64,000 nucleotides of DNA from an uncultured Acidimicrobiia bacterium (GCA_963752385.1 CAVVYL010000038.1:4-64003); one strand, 5' to 3'. Shown: positions 31,300 to 43,026, numbered from the stretch's first letter. Program-made: numbers and translations. Notes: generated from the sequence alone by a model not told the origin.

Positions 31300-32276
31300 A
31301 TAGCGACCAATCCACCCAAGCGGCAAGCCCCGAAGCTACAGAGATCGGTCATACGGTGGCTGCTTGATTCTGACCCTTCGATCCGCTGGCAGGTGATGCG
31401 GGACCTGATTGGTGCGCCCACAGACGAAGTCGCGGCCGAGCGCGCGCGGGTCGCCACCGAGGGCGCGGGCGCGCGGTTGCTCGCCCTCCAGGGGGCCGAC
31501 GGGCGGTGGGGCGGCGCGGCGTGGAACCGCGGGTGGAACTCCACCATGCACGTCCTGATGCTGCTGCGGAACATGGGGCTCGATCCCGCGAGCGACCAGG
31601 CGCGCCGCGCGGTGGCCTCGTCCGTGACCGCGTGACCTGGCAGGGTTGGGCGGCATATGAAGGCAACCCCTTCTTCGCCGGCGAGGTGGAGCCCTGCATC
31701 AACGGGCAGGTCGGGGCAGTCGGCGCCTACTTCGGCCAGGACGTCCAGTGCATTGTCAACCGGCTGCTCGCCGAGCAGCTGCCCGACGGCGGCTGGAACT
31801 GCGAGGCCGCCAACGGCTCGACGCGGTCGTCGTTCAACACCACGATCTGCGTGCTCGAGGCCCTGCTCGAGCACAAACGGGCCGTCGGGACCAGCCCGGA
31901 GGTGACCGGGGCCCGTCTCCGCGGGCAGGAGTACCTCCTCGAGCGTCGCATGTTCCGGAGGTTGTCAACCGGCGAGGTGATCAATGACCGAAAGGGGGAT
32001 CACAACTGGACCCGCTTCGCCTTTCCGACCTGGTGGCACTACGACGTGCTGCGGGGACTCGAGTACCTGCGCCACGCCGGCGTCATGCCCGACGAGCGCG
32101 TGGCCGAGGCGATCGACTTGGTCGCGTCCAAGCGCGACGCCGACGGCCGGTGGCCGCTCGAGACCCGGCACGCCGGCGAGATGCCGGTCGAGACGGACGG
32201 GGGCGAGGGCCGGCCGAGCCGGTGGAACACGCTGCGCGCCCTACGAGTGTTGAACTGGTATTCAGCAGCAGACTAA
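31300..32276 (+). CDS. Prenyltransferase/squalene-cyclase-like alpha-barrel protein (start reads ATA; frameshift near 31612)
   Basis: WLLDSDPSIRWQV, QGADGRW, QLPDGGWNC, WWHYDVLRGL, SRWNTLRALRVL; AGGAG 9 nt upstream; much more GC-rich than its flanks. Confidence 0.75.
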
Positions 32277-32349
32277 CGCAGAAGCCGCTGGAAAGGGACT
32301 AGCAGCGAGCCGAACTGGCCCGTGCAGTGACATTACCTATACTAAGGTA

Positions 32350-32400
32350 GGCTAACCGGTTCCAGCGGACGGCGCTGCGCGCCGCCGCTGAACCGGAGCC
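32350..32400 (+). other. Degenerate integron attC-like site
   Basis: ggctaac-cggttCcagcggAcggcgc-tgc-gcgccgccgctgaaccgg-agcc: hairpin with unpaired C and A. The right core lacks the TT of GTTAGCC. Confidence 0.6.
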
Positions 32401-32454
32401 ATGCGCCGGCATTGACCTCATCGCATTTTTGCGGGCGTGGGGAGGCTTTTCGCA

Positions 32455-32850
32455 ATGAACTGCATACTGCGGTTCTCAGGAGCGGTGAAACACGATCCAG
32501 CCATCGACATCTGGCTGACAGAACGGCCAGCTGAGCTGCGATCTATTGCGCAGAACTGGTTTGCGCGGATGCGGCAGTGCGGCGACGACGTCCGAGAGTT
32601 GATGCACGACGGTTGCCCCGTCGCATGTGTAGCAGATGCGCCCTTCGGGTACGTCACCGCATTCAAAGATCATGTCAATGTCGGCTTCTTCGATGGTGCA
32701 GCGCTGGAAGATCCGGCCGGCTTGTTGGAGGGAAGCGGCAAACGCATGCGCCACGTGAAATTGAAGCCTAGCCGCGAACTCAACCCCGCAGCTCTTAGCG
32801 ACCTGATCGATGCCGCTCACCTGGATGTCAGGGCGCGTCTGGGTGCGTGA
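32455..32850 (+). CDS. DUF1801 (YdhG-like) domain protein
   Basis: FKDHVNVGFFDGAALEDPAGLLEGSGKRMRHVKL. Confidence 0.85.
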   Translation: MNCILRFSGAVKHDPAIDIWLTERPAELRSIAQNWFARMRQCGDDVRELMHDGCPVACVADAPFGYVTAFKDHVNVGFFDGAALEDPAGLLEGSGKRMRHVKLKPSRELNPAALSDLIDAAHLDVRARLGA

Positions 32851-33050
32851 CTAGTAAGGCAAGTCGGCGAACAAACTTTTCTCAGAGAGGCACCGTGTGA
32901 GCGGCCGCAGAATCGTTGCCTAATGAAGGACACCTTTTGAATACAGTTAGACGTTGGGCTACCGCGGGCTCTGGGCAGCCGTTCTTGTGATTGCTGCTAG
33001 TTGTGGGCTACAGCCACCCGATAGCCCACAAGCCGTGATCGAGCGGAACC

Positions 33051-33461
33051 TTGGTCCGGCGTTGGATTGAAGAAGGCTTCAACAAGCAAAACCTGACAGT
33101 AGTTGACGAGCTCTTTGCAGAACAGTTTGCCGTCAACGGACAGGTTGTTGGGCGTGATGGCCTGAAGGCCAGCATGAGCCGACACCTCCTTGGTTTTCCT
33201 GATCTATACGTGACAATTGATGACATCGTCGCCGAGGGGAGCAAGGTTGGTATTTGGTACACAGTCGAGGGCACGCACCGAGGCGAATTCGAAGGGATCC
33301 TGTCTACAGGCAACCATGTGAAGTGGTCTGGCTTCGACTTGTTGAGTATCGAAGCCGGAAAAATCTCCGAGGCCCGGTTCCTCTTCGATTTTCTTGGCCT
33401 TCTCAAGCAACTTGGGGTAACCGTCGCAATACCAGGAAACGCAGAGGGAGCACGCCGCTGA
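33051..33461 (+). CDS. SnoaL-like ester cyclase (start uncertain)
   Basis: VVDELFA..GFPDLYVTIDDIVAEGSKV..GTHRGEFEGI..TG. Confidence 0.85.
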   Translation: MVRRWIEEGFNKQNLTVVDELFAEQFAVNGQVVGRDGLKASMSRHLLGFPDLYVTIDDIVAEGSKVGIWYTVEGTHRGEFEGILSTGNHVKWSGFDLLSIEAGKISEARFLFDFLGLLKQLGVTVAIPGNAEGARR

Positions 33462-33769
33462 ATTAGCCTGCGCGTCTGGACCATGCATTCAGCGGCAGGT
33501 GCAAATCGGAACTCCGAAAGTCGCAGCCAGTTGCTGATGTGGCGTCGCTGTGCCGTATAAGTACCGGTTGCAGAGGACCGTAGAACCTCCCTCGAAAGAG
33601 TAGACACTTCCCATCCCTCCGAAATCGGATTACCCGCCAAAAGTCACGTACCGTTTACCAATTGCGAGAAGGGCGGCCAGTTGACGTATAACCGCTGAAC
33701 CACCGAAGCAGGTCGAACGTCGTTCTGAGAGGATGGTCGGCCAACCGGACACCGAGCGAGTGGAAGTCA

Positions 33770-34713
33770 CTATACCGAGCCAATCCCGATTCGATCGTTA
33801 ACCGCGGACCGAATTCGCTGTTTGCATCCGAGGTAGCGCTCGGTCGTTTGAATTGATACGTGCCCCAAGCAGAAACTGGATCTGTTCGAGTTCTCCTCTA
33901 GCCGCATAACATAGCCGGGCACACGTCCGACGAAGGTCATGCGGTGCCAACTTGTCGATTCCCGCTTTGGCTGCATATTCACGGACGATATGCCACACAG
34001 CTTTTTCTGTGATGTTGTCACCCCCAAGCCTTTCCGGTCCTGTTCAGTCTGCGAAAGAGCTTCCCGGATCTGACGTTCGCAGCTTTCACCCAATCGTCGA
34101 GGATTTGCTTGACCCATGATGGCATTGGAATCGTTCGCATATGACCGCCCTTACCCTTTAGGTCAACAATTGCCCAGTGCTCCTCTCGCTGTTGGATATG
34201 TTCTACTTCAAGGTCAACAGCTTCATGCCGCCTGACTCCGCAGGCTAGCATTACGGCCAGGAGTGCCCGATCACATTTGCCTTTCAACCGCTCGCCATCA
34301 GGTGCCTGCCACAATCTCTGTGACTGATCAGCGGTGAGCCAGTTTCCAAGCCGGACACCGAGTTTCTTCACCCCTTCACTCGCCGGATGCCGGCGGCCAG
34401 GTCTGCGCTCAGAAGTCCGCTGTCGGCTGCCTCGCACGCGAGTCGGCGGACGGTTCCTAAGCGAAGATTGATTGTTCCTGAAAAGACGTGACTCGAGGTG
34501 AATTCGATAACGTAAGACTACTGTCTTATTGAACGACAGCCTGGGTTCGGAACAATACCACTCCACGAACTCATCAATTACGTGTCGGTAGCCTCGCTGA
34601 GCTTCCGCCGAGCTTAGGCTATTCAGTACCGCGGATTTCGCCTGGTCCAACTCCGTTAAATGAAGGACCGTCTTAGGCGTACGGCGCCACCGCGAAGAAT
34701 TCTTCTTTCCCAT
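33770..34713 (-). pseudogene. Tyrosine recombinase (XerC/D-like) with at least three frameshifts
   Basis: WYCSEPRLSFNK, GVRLGNWL, CGVRRHE, GKGGHMRT, PHDLRRT, LGH, TTERYLG. No IntI-specific insertion is apparent. Confidence 0.85.
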
Positions 34714-34965
34714 CGTTGGCGGCCCTCCTCGACCGCACAACGATGATGCATGTGGACCGAACTGTCCGTTTGGCCCGTTAATCACCAGTAAGAGTTCTGC
34801 GGATCTTGCCGGTAGAAATCTACTTTGAGCGCAAGATTCGGATAGCGCGAAGTGGGCGGGTCATAATAGGGTCTTCTATGGAATACTGGAGTTCAGGTCT
34901 TCGACAAACTTCGTCGAAACAAAGATTGACCAAAAGGTCTTCACACGCAAGAGAAGGAGTTGGCA

Positions 34966-35508
34966 ATGACCACGCCGCAGGCGGGACTTTGGGTGTCTGC
35001 TCCCCAGGCTTATCGCGAAAAGATGTTCGCCATGGTTGGTGATCGAAATCCTTTGGAAATAGTCGAGCAGACGGCGGCCACCTTGGCCGATATTGTGCTT
35101 AAGCATTCAGCGACGGTACTGCGCACGCGACCATTTGAAGGAAAATGGACGCCCAACGAGGTGATCGGCCATCTCACCGATAGCGAATGGGTGTATGGGT
35201 ACCGTCTTAGGCTGATTCTTTGTGAGGACGATCCGACGATTCTTGGCACTAACCAGGATCTCTGGGTGGCTGCCCTACGGCACAATGAGCGCGAGCCGTT
35301 GGAGCTCGTCGAAATCTTTCGGACGCTGCGGCAGTTAAATTTGGCGGAGTGGAGAAGAACGTCACCGGAGGATTTGAAGCGCACCGGCCAGCACAATGAG
35401 CGCGGCCTGGAGTCCTTGGGCGTGATGTTGCGACTGCTCGCCGGTCACGATCTTTCGCACCTTGATCAGATCACTCGTTATGTTCACGCCGTTCTGCAGC
35501 GGGGGTAG
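34966..35508 (+). CDS. DinB/YfiT family protein
   Basis: GKWTPNEVIGHLTDSE..GHDLSHLDQI. Confidence 0.85.
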   Translation: MTTPQAGLWVSAPQAYREKMFAMVGDRNPLEIVEQTAATLADIVLKHSATVLRTRPFEGKWTPNEVIGHLTDSEWVYGYRLRLILCEDDPTILGTNQDLWVAALRHNEREPLELVEIFRTLRQLNLAEWRRTSPEDLKRTGQHNERGLESLGVMLRLLAGHDLSHLDQITRYVHAVLQRG

Positions 35509-35689
35509 TGCCGCGACGCTTAGGACCGGCGAGCCAAGGTAACGGTACGGCTTTTTTGCGTCAGGTTGACCGCGCGCTATCGTCTGTGGCTGTCGATCGC
35601 TTCTTAGAGCAATGCTGGGTGTCGAGTAACACCTGGCTGGACCTGTCGATCTAATCCAGGCAGCTGATCGCCCAGGTGCCCGCATGAAA

Positions 35690-37057
35690 TCACTCCAGAA
35701 CGTGGTGGGTCACATAGGAGGTCTGGACAGGAACGCTGTCGTTAATCTTCACCTTGAGGAGGACTTGGTAGTAGGCAGGCAGCTCAGGTTTGCTGCCGGG
35801 ACCTGAGGTGTTCAACTCTTTGATGAGTTCTCTGACATATTCCGGTTTGGTCACGTATTCGGCGCACGCCTGGGTGCCCAGGGTGGTTATTCCAGAAAGA
35901 ATCAGGAGTCGACGGCTGGGATCCAGCCCGCGCAGCATGCTGATCAACGCATAGTCCTCGGTTACTGTGCTTTGCGAGGCGCCCTCGATAACAGGCGCAT
36001 AACTTTTCTGTTCACTGTTCCGAGGCTTGCGATTCAGAACCACAAAATTGGGCACGCCATTTTGAACCCGTTCGGCCCGGTAGACAAAGTCCTGCTCTTG
36101 GGGAAGGCGACGAAGCAGCAGGTTTTCAACCGGCCCACCTAGGAAAACAAGGTTTTGCGCTTTCACGGTTTCCCAGTTGAGCAACAAACTGCGCTCCACC
36201 CGAAAAGAGGTTCCAGTCTTCCAGAACAGGCTTCCCAGAAAGTAAACCCCCATGACCTCTCCCACTCCCGTATAAACATCGGTCGTCACAGGGTTTTGTA
36301 GTGATCGAGACATTGGGGCAGGAAGTAACGCAGGCGGAGCAGACTCTGGGGGAACCCAGTATTTCAGTCCGTCGACGAGGTTGCCTTGAAAGACCGCGTT
36401 ACTGTAAGCAATCAGCAAGGGGCTGCGGTTGCTGAGGAAATCTCCCCAGAAAGGCGAAATTTCATTGATCAAGCCAAGGTCGATCCTGTTGCTGACCAGG
36501 TACTGCCGGGCTTCTTTCGCCTCGATGTGATAGCGATATGCCAGGCCCGCCAGGAATAAGGATGTCACCACCAGCCCGAAAAGCAACCCTGGGCGCAACC
36601 TCCCCATAACTTCTTCGCGACGAGAGGTGAAGGTATCCAAGGACAAAGAGGACTTCCCAGGAGCGACAGTTTCGGGCAGATCCTTGCGGATATCCGGATG
36701 GAAATAAGCAAATGCCGGCACATAGTGGCCCTTTGGCAAGTGGATTAGGACCTTGTCACCGTTTCCGTCCGAAGCGTAATACTCTTCCAACTTAGAGCGA
36801 AGTCGAGCTGCCTGAACACGGACCAGCGAATCAATTCGAGGATCATAGTTATCGCTGCGACCGAAGACTTCCGTCGCAATCGTATATTCCTTCAGCTCGC
36901 TGTCCTGCCCTTCCAGGGATTTTTTGACGACAAAACGGAGAAACGATTTCAACGTTTCCGCGCCATGGAAAACGTGGTTGCTCAGGATTTTTTCCAATTG
37001 ATCCTGTTTTTCTTCGGAAGTGGGTCCCTGTAACGCTCGACTTGTGGCCTTTAACAT
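35690..37057 (-). CDS. Membrane-anchored regulator: N-terminal wHTH, one TM, periplasmic domain
   Basis: LKSFLRFVV..LKEYTIATEVFGR..YDPRIDSLVRVQAARLRSKLEEYY..LPKGHYVP; divergent from the TonB receptor. Confidence 0.8.
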   Translation of the reverse strand: MLKATSRALQGPTSEEKQDQLEKILSNHVFHGAETLKSFLRFVVKKSLEGQDSELKEYTIATEVFGRSDNYDPRIDSLVRVQAARLRSKLEEYYASDGNGDKVLIHLPKGHYVPAFAYFHPDIRKDLPETVAPGKSSLSLDTFTSRREEVMGRLRPGLLFGLVVTSLFLAGLAYRYHIEAKEARQYLVSNRIDLGLINEISPFWGDFLSNRSPLLIAYSNAVFQGNLVDGLKYWVPPESAPPALLPAPMSRSLQNPVTTDVYTGVGEVMGVYFLGSLFWKTGTSFRVERSLLLNWETVKAQNLVFLGGPVENLLLRRLPQEQDFVYRAERVQNGVPNFVVLNRKPRNSEQKSYAPVIEGASQSTVTEDYALISMLRGLDPSRRLLILSGITTLGTQACAEYVTKPEYVRELIKELNTSGPGSKPELPAYYQVLLKVKINDSVPVQTSYVTHHVLE

Positions 37058-37255
37058 GTTACCGCTGGCGCTTAACGCTGCCTTCGAAAAGTAAGTGAGT
37101 CCAGAAGAGATAACATCAATTATACCCCCCTTAACGCCCAGCGCAACGACTTCACATCCCACAATTCCTGCCAGATATTCATCAACCAATCTTTACCTTG
37201 GTCTTTTTCACTCTTGAAGGCCAACAGGGTCAGGCAGGTTTAACAAGGAGACGTT

Positions 37256-40200
37256 ATGAATGGCAGATCCATCGCTTACCGGAGGATGGCGCTTGCGGGC
37301 CTCCCAGTCTTCCTATCACTGTTCGTGGGCTTTCTTGCAGTTCAACCCTCCTGGGGCCAGCAAGTGACCGCGGCAATCACTGGGAAGGTCGTCGATCCTT
37401 CGGGCGCCTCAATTGCTGCGGCAAAAGTGACTGCTAAGGATTTGGACCGTGGAACGCTCTGGACGGGTGAAACAAATCAAGAGGGGTTTTACAACCTTCC
37501 GCGTGTCCCGGTAGGCCGGTACGAGATCAGGACGGAAGCTCAGGGCTTTCAAACCGCAATTCATCCGTCGATTCAGCTGGTGCTAAACCAAACCGCACGA
37601 GTGGATTTTCAAATGCAAATAGGCGAAGTAACTCAAACGGTGGACGTGACCGCGGCTCCCCCGTTGCTCCAAACCGAGACTACTCAACTCGGCACGGTTA
37701 TGGATTCCAAAACCAACGAGACTCTTCCCCTGGCAACGCGTAACTATGTGCAACTTACCTTGCTGGCACCGGGGAGCATCAATCCCAATCCTTCGACGCT
37801 GACGGGTCCGCTGACCACCGGAAGCGGCGGGCGACCCTACATCAATGGCAATCGCGAGCAAGCTAACAATTTCTTATTGGACGGTCTGGATAATAACCAG
37901 GTTTCGGACAACCTGGTCGGCTACTCGCCAAGCCCGGATGCCATTCAAGAGTTCAACATGATCACCAGCAACGCCTCTGCGGAGTTCGGAAACTTTCAAG
38001 GAGGTATCATCAGCACCAACATCAAATCGGGCACCAACGAGTTGCATGGAGTCGTTTACGAGTTCTTGCGCAACGACGCGCTGAACGCCAATAGCTGGTC
38101 GAACAACTGGCAAGGGGCGGACAAGCCGGGAATGCGCTGGAACATGTTCGGTGCGACCGCAGGCGGGCCGATTGTGAAGAACAAGCTGTTTTTCTTTGGA
38201 GACTATCAGGGTCTGCGCTTCAACACTCCTGCCAGCACGGGCCGGTTCACCGTCTTTACTGCCGACGAGCGTCGAGGCGACTTTTCTCGACTGCTGACCG
38301 AGAAAGGAATTCAACTGTACAACCCGTTTCAGTTGGGTGCAAACGGCAATCGTGTGCCTTTTCCCAACAATCAAATTCCCCTCTCGCTGCATCGATCCAG
38401 TTGCCTCAAACCTGTTTCGGTCGAACCTCTATCCGGCGCCCGATAACAATAACCTCGAGCGCAACCAAGCCAATACCAGTCAAAGCGAAGTGGAAAACAA
38501 CCAGTTCGACATCAAGATTGACGCGAACCTGTCGGACCAGGACCGTTTCTTTGGCCGTTACTCCCATGGCCGCCAAAACAATCCAGGCACTAACACATTT
38601 CCTTTGTTCTTCGGCAGCTTCTTCAAGACGCCCAGCCACAACAGTGTCTTCAACTGGACTCGAACGATCAATCCCAACTTTGTGAACGAAGTTCGGTTAG
38701 GCTTCAATCGGGTTCTCGTCAACAACGGCGGCGAGGATAACGGTCTGGGCAATGTCGCTCAAGAGTTGGGCATTCGAGGCGTCAACGACCGCGGTCCAGG
38801 CCTGCTGGCTATCAATTTTGGCGGAGGGGTCGTCGGTGGCTTTGGCAGTGCCAACATTGGCTCGCAGCAATTCTTCGCCAACAATGTTTACCAGGCCGAA
38901 GACGCGATAGTTTTGACGCGGGGTCGGCATATCATCCACACCGGTTTCCAATACTGGCGGCGGCAGCTCAACATCTTCTACGCTGGCAACAATGGCAGAA
39001 CCGGCCTCATGGACTATTCGGGCAAATTTACAGCAGGTCCGAACCCCCTGGCGGTTGCAGGCGGTGGTGCGGGCGCCGGTGAAGCCGATTTCTTCCTTGG
39101 GCTGCCTACCCGACTGGGCCGCGGGCTCGATACAGGGACTTGGGGACACCGAGCGCACCAGATAGGCATTTACATACAAGACGACTGGCGCGCTACGGAC
39201 ACGCTTACCCTGAACCTGGGACTTCGCTATGACATGCATACCCCTTGGGTTGAAGTGAAAGATCGCCAGTCCAACTTTGCGCCATTTAGTGGCCAACTCC
39301 AGCTTGCCGGCCAAAGCAGCTTCTACAAAAACAACCGCGCTCTTTACAACCCTTACCGGTGGGGTATCGGTAATTTCCAGCCGCGCTTCGGCTTTGCCTG
39401 GACTCCAGATGCACTCGACAAGAAAACCGTCCTTCGAGGCGCCTACACGATTTCCTCCTACCTGGAGGGGACCGGAACAAACCTTCGCCTACCGTTGAAT
39501 CCGCCTTTCAACCAGGAGTTTGAAACTCGTTACGATAGCCTGGCGCTACCTCGTTCGCGGACGGCCGACGGATTGACTGTTCTCTCGTCGCCGGCAGACC
39601 CCTTCGCCGGCGCCAACATTCGGCTTTGGGATCCGAATGTTCAGCCAGCTATTGTGCAGCAATGGAACCTTTCGATTCAGCACCAGTTGCCCAGCGACAC
39701 GACGTTGCAACTGGCTTACGTGGGCCAGCACGGGACTCACCTGATGGTGCCCATGCCCTATTTCCAACGGCAATTGTTGGGAAGAACGGCTGGTGGCGCT
39801 CCCATCACAGCGCCGAGCCCATATCTGGCGGGCAATCCGGCTTTGGCTAGCATCGCGCAGATCTCGGGCACGGAGTCCAACGGCAACCAGCGTTACGATG
39901 CCTTGCAGGCCACGCTTCAGAAGCGCTTCAGTGGTGGCCTTCAATATCAAGTGGCGTACACGTATTCGAAGTGCATGACCAACTCGAGCGGGTACTACGG
40001 CTCCTGGGGAGGCCAAGCGCTGCCAACGTCTCCTTACTGGCAGAACCTTTACGACGAGCGGGCGGAGTGGGGACCGTGCTACTACGATGTGACCCACACG
40101 CTCACGAGTTATGCGGTTTATGAGTTGCCGGTGGGCAAAGGTAAGAAGGTGGGGGACGATTGGCATCCAGTGGCTACAGCGATCCTGGGCAATTGGCAGG

Positions 40201-40637
40201 TGAGCCCAATTGTTTCCTTGCATGGCGGGTTCCCGATCACCATTTCCGGTGGCGATGCCTCTGGCACGAACTCTCGCGGTGCTCGAGCCAACTGTATCGG
40301 TCCGGCCGAGGAATTCGGACGACAGAACCATCCCTCCGGAGGTTTCCAATGGTTCGACGGAAGTTCGAGTGTGTTCGGGCCGGCTCCTCCGGGAACATTT
40401 GGGACCTGTGGCGTTGGTACCGTGCGAGGTCCTGGCTTAACCACGCTCGACCTCGGGATTCACAAGGAATTCCCGATCGACGAAAAGAGGCGCATTCAGT
40501 TTCGAACCGAGTTCCTCAATTTCACGAACACGCCCATTCTAAATGCTCCAGGTGCTGGTCTGGGCGCTGATCTTGGACGAGTGACCAGTTCCCAGGGCGC
40601 ACGCAATATCCAGTTCGGTCTGAAGTTTTACTATTAG
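37256..40637 (+). CDS. TonB-dependent receptor, Oar-like, with carboxypeptidase-regulatory N-domain (frameshift near 38390)
   Basis: ITGKVVDPSGA, LLDGLDNN, KSGTNELHG..YEFLRN, QDDWR..LNLGLRYD, C-terminal RNIQFGLKFYY. Confidence 0.92.
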
Positions 40638-40705
40638 TCGCTGAGGGCGGTTGCCACCCGGTGAAACGTCGGAGGGTAGCGAGGCCTGATTCAACCTCCC
40701 TTTTT

Positions 40706-41444
40706 GTCCCCCTTTTCCAAGGGGGACGCCGCGTTTTTTGCGGCAGGGGGTCTTCGTTGGTTTGAACCACACCCCCTGTAGTACCCCTTGCCAAGGGGGG
40801 ACAAATGCGGCCGCAGGTTGCGTCGATCGGCCCGAAAGGCTGACCAGAGCATCGCTCTGCGATGCTCGGTCCCGACAGAATCAAACCCTGTGTCCAGGTG
40901 GTTTGGTTGTTCGACTTACTCTCCTTAGGGCTTTCAGCTTTCTCTAACGACGTCGCTTTCTCCTCTCAGTTCAGCCTTTCGAATACTTTCAAATGATATT
41001 TTCTCTGGCTCCAGCTCTACCGCCTTGAGCAAAGACTGGAGAGCTGCGTCAAGGTGCCCAATGCCAGACAGCATTTGCCAAGATGAAAACGAGCCAGCAT
41101 CAGGTTCGGATCCCCAGTGACGGCTGTTCGCAGGAAAGGCAGCGCTTCGTCAGCTTTCTGGCTTCGTAGCAAAAGCTCTCCCAGGTAAAAACTTGCCAAA
41201 GGATGATTCGGGTCGCCTCTCAGGACCTGCCGTAGTTCCGACTCGACCTGCGCAGTGTTATGAATCAGAACGGCGCAGCGCCGCGAACTCGATGCGCCGC
41301 AGGGCTCCGTCAAAGTCCCCTTTAACAAAGGGGGACAGCGGTTTCGCAGAAACCGCGCGGGGGTTGTCGTGCTTCCGGTCGCCTAATACGCCAGGACAAC
41401 CCCCAAACGCCCTGCGGCCTTTGCCCCCCTTTTGTAAGGGGACT
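40706..41444. repeat. Cluster of GTCCCC(C)TT-N-AAGGGGGAC REP-like palindromes
   Basis: Copies at 40706-40727, ~40781-40802, 41315-41336 and ~41423-41444; another at 53847-53866. Confidence 0.7.
41017..41262 (-). pseudogene. TPR gene fragment
   Basis: LRQVLRGDPNHPLASFYLGELLL..DPNLMLARFHLGKC; no proper start; lies between REPs. Confidence 0.55.
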
Positions 41445-41520
41445 TGGCCGCTCGCTTGACGAGAATAGATTGATCTTCTATGTTCAATCGGAGACTCGAC
41501 CTCAACTTCGTTGAAATTGA

Positions 41521-42711
41521 ATGAGTATGTTTCGTTCCCTGTACATATTTAGTCTGGTGTCAGGGCTTCTCGCTCCATTTGGATTCTCACAGTCTCCGAC
41601 GAGCGAAGCAGCCACGGTGGATGCTTTGGCTCGCGAGGCGCAGACAGCACTCAGCCGCGAGGATTGGCCGACTGCAGTTCGCGGATACGAGAAGCTGGTC
41701 AAACTCCTGCCGAGCCGGGCAGAGTTTCACTTGAATCTGGGGGTGGCCCGCTACTCATCGGGCAAGGCAAACGATGCAGTCGTTCCTTTACGCCAGGCTC
41801 TAAAGCTGAAGCCCGATCTCATCGCAGCACAGGATTATCTGGCGGTAAGCCTTGCCGAGAGCAGCCAATGCCGCGAGGCGCTCGCCCGCCTCAAGAAGTC
41901 CGCTGGCCGGGTCTCCGATCCTCAACTGAAACGTGCGGTGGGACTGAATGGCATCCGCTGTTCCATGGGTACAGGTCAGCCGCAGGAGGCCGTGGATTTC
42001 ATCCGCCGGCTCACGCGTGATTTTCCTCACGACCCGGAGGTGCTTTACCTCTCGGCGCATGTCTACTCCGACCTCTCCATCCGTGCTTCACAAGAACTGC
42101 TGTTCAAGGCGCCTTCGTCCTACCAGGTGCGCTTGCTGAACGCAGAGGCGCTGGAAACTCAGGGAAGATGGGACGACGCAGCTTCAGAGTATCGTCAGGT
42201 GCTCGCTAAGAACCCGAGTTTGCCGGGTATCCATTACCGGATGGGACGTTTGATTCTGTCGGCGCCCAAGACGCCGACAACACTGGAGGATGCGAAGCGG
42301 GAGTTCGAGGCCGAGTTGAAGGTCGATCCACGCAACGCCGGGGCCGAGTACATCCTGGCTGAACTGGCGCGTAAAGCCCGCCAGTGGCCTCAGGCCATTG
42401 AACACTTCTCTCGCGCCTCACAACTTAATCCTGGATTTTCGGACGCCTTCATCGGCCTCGGCAAGTCTCTGGTTTCCGCCGGGCAGCCTGCCGAAGCCGT
42501 AGCTCCTTTGGAAACCGCTATCAAGCTTCAACCCGCAAATCCCGTTCCGTATTTTCAACTCGCCACGGCCTTTCGCCGGGCCGGTCGCAAAGAAGATGCC
42601 GAGCGGGCCTTCGCTACCCATCGGCAGGTCTCTGAGAAGGCGCGCCAAAGCAGCGAGGGCATTCAGAAAGCCGTGCTGGGTCCGCCCCAGACCGAGGAGC
42701 CGCCAGAATAG
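41521..42711 (+). CDS. Secreted tetratricopeptide-repeat protein
   Basis: Signal peptide followed by multiple TPR motifs. Confidence 0.85.
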   Translation: MSMFRSLYIFSLVSGLLAPFGFSQSPTSEAATVDALAREAQTALSREDWPTAVRGYEKLVKLLPSRAEFHLNLGVARYSSGKANDAVVPLRQALKLKPDLIAAQDYLAVSLAESSQCREALARLKKSAGRVSDPQLKRAVGLNGIRCSMGTGQPQEAVDFIRRLTRDFPHDPEVLYLSAHVYSDLSIRASQELLFKAPSSYQVRLLNAEALETQGRWDDAASEYRQVLAKNPSLPGIHYRMGRLILSAPKTPTTLEDAKREFEAELKVDPRNAGAEYILAELARKARQWPQAIEHFSRASQLNPGFSDAFIGLGKSLVSAGQPAEAVAPLETAIKLQPANPVPYFQLATAFRRAGRKEDAERAFATHRQVSEKARQSSEGIQKAVLGPPQTEEPPE

Positions 42712-42830
42712 AGGCGCGGCAGCATCGGGGTTAAACCGCGAAGACGCGATAGCGGGCGTGACGTCGCCTGTGCTCCCAGGGAAGCGAGCAAAGAAAGAAG
42801 TTGAATCGCTCCGCGACACAGAGGTTCGTT

Positions 42831-42970
42831 GTCCCCGGAGGGTGTTCTTCGAGGAACTACCCGTTCGACCCCTTCAGGGTCGGTGCTCTTGGCATTGACC
42901 CCGGGTGGCGCGACGTGACGCGCCACCCGGGGCTATTCACATTGGTCCCCTCCGGGGACTCCTCCCGGGG
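42831..42970. repeat. REP-like nested palindromes
   Basis: gtccccggaggg..ccctccggggac; cgacccct-tc-agggtcg; ccccgggtggcgcg..cgcgccacccgggg. Confidence 0.6.
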
Positions 42971-43026
42971 ACAGGCGGACCAAAGGCTTCAGTTTTCAAG
43001 CTTCAATAGCAGGAGGCGAGGAGGCA

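Noticed and set aside
33770-34713. Integron integrase IntI
   Set aside because: It lacks the IntI-specific insertion and motifs, and it converges with, rather than diverges from, the attC-bearing genes.
40700-41450. CRISPR array
   Set aside because: The palindromes are irregularly spaced and variable, and there are no cas genes; they are REP-like.
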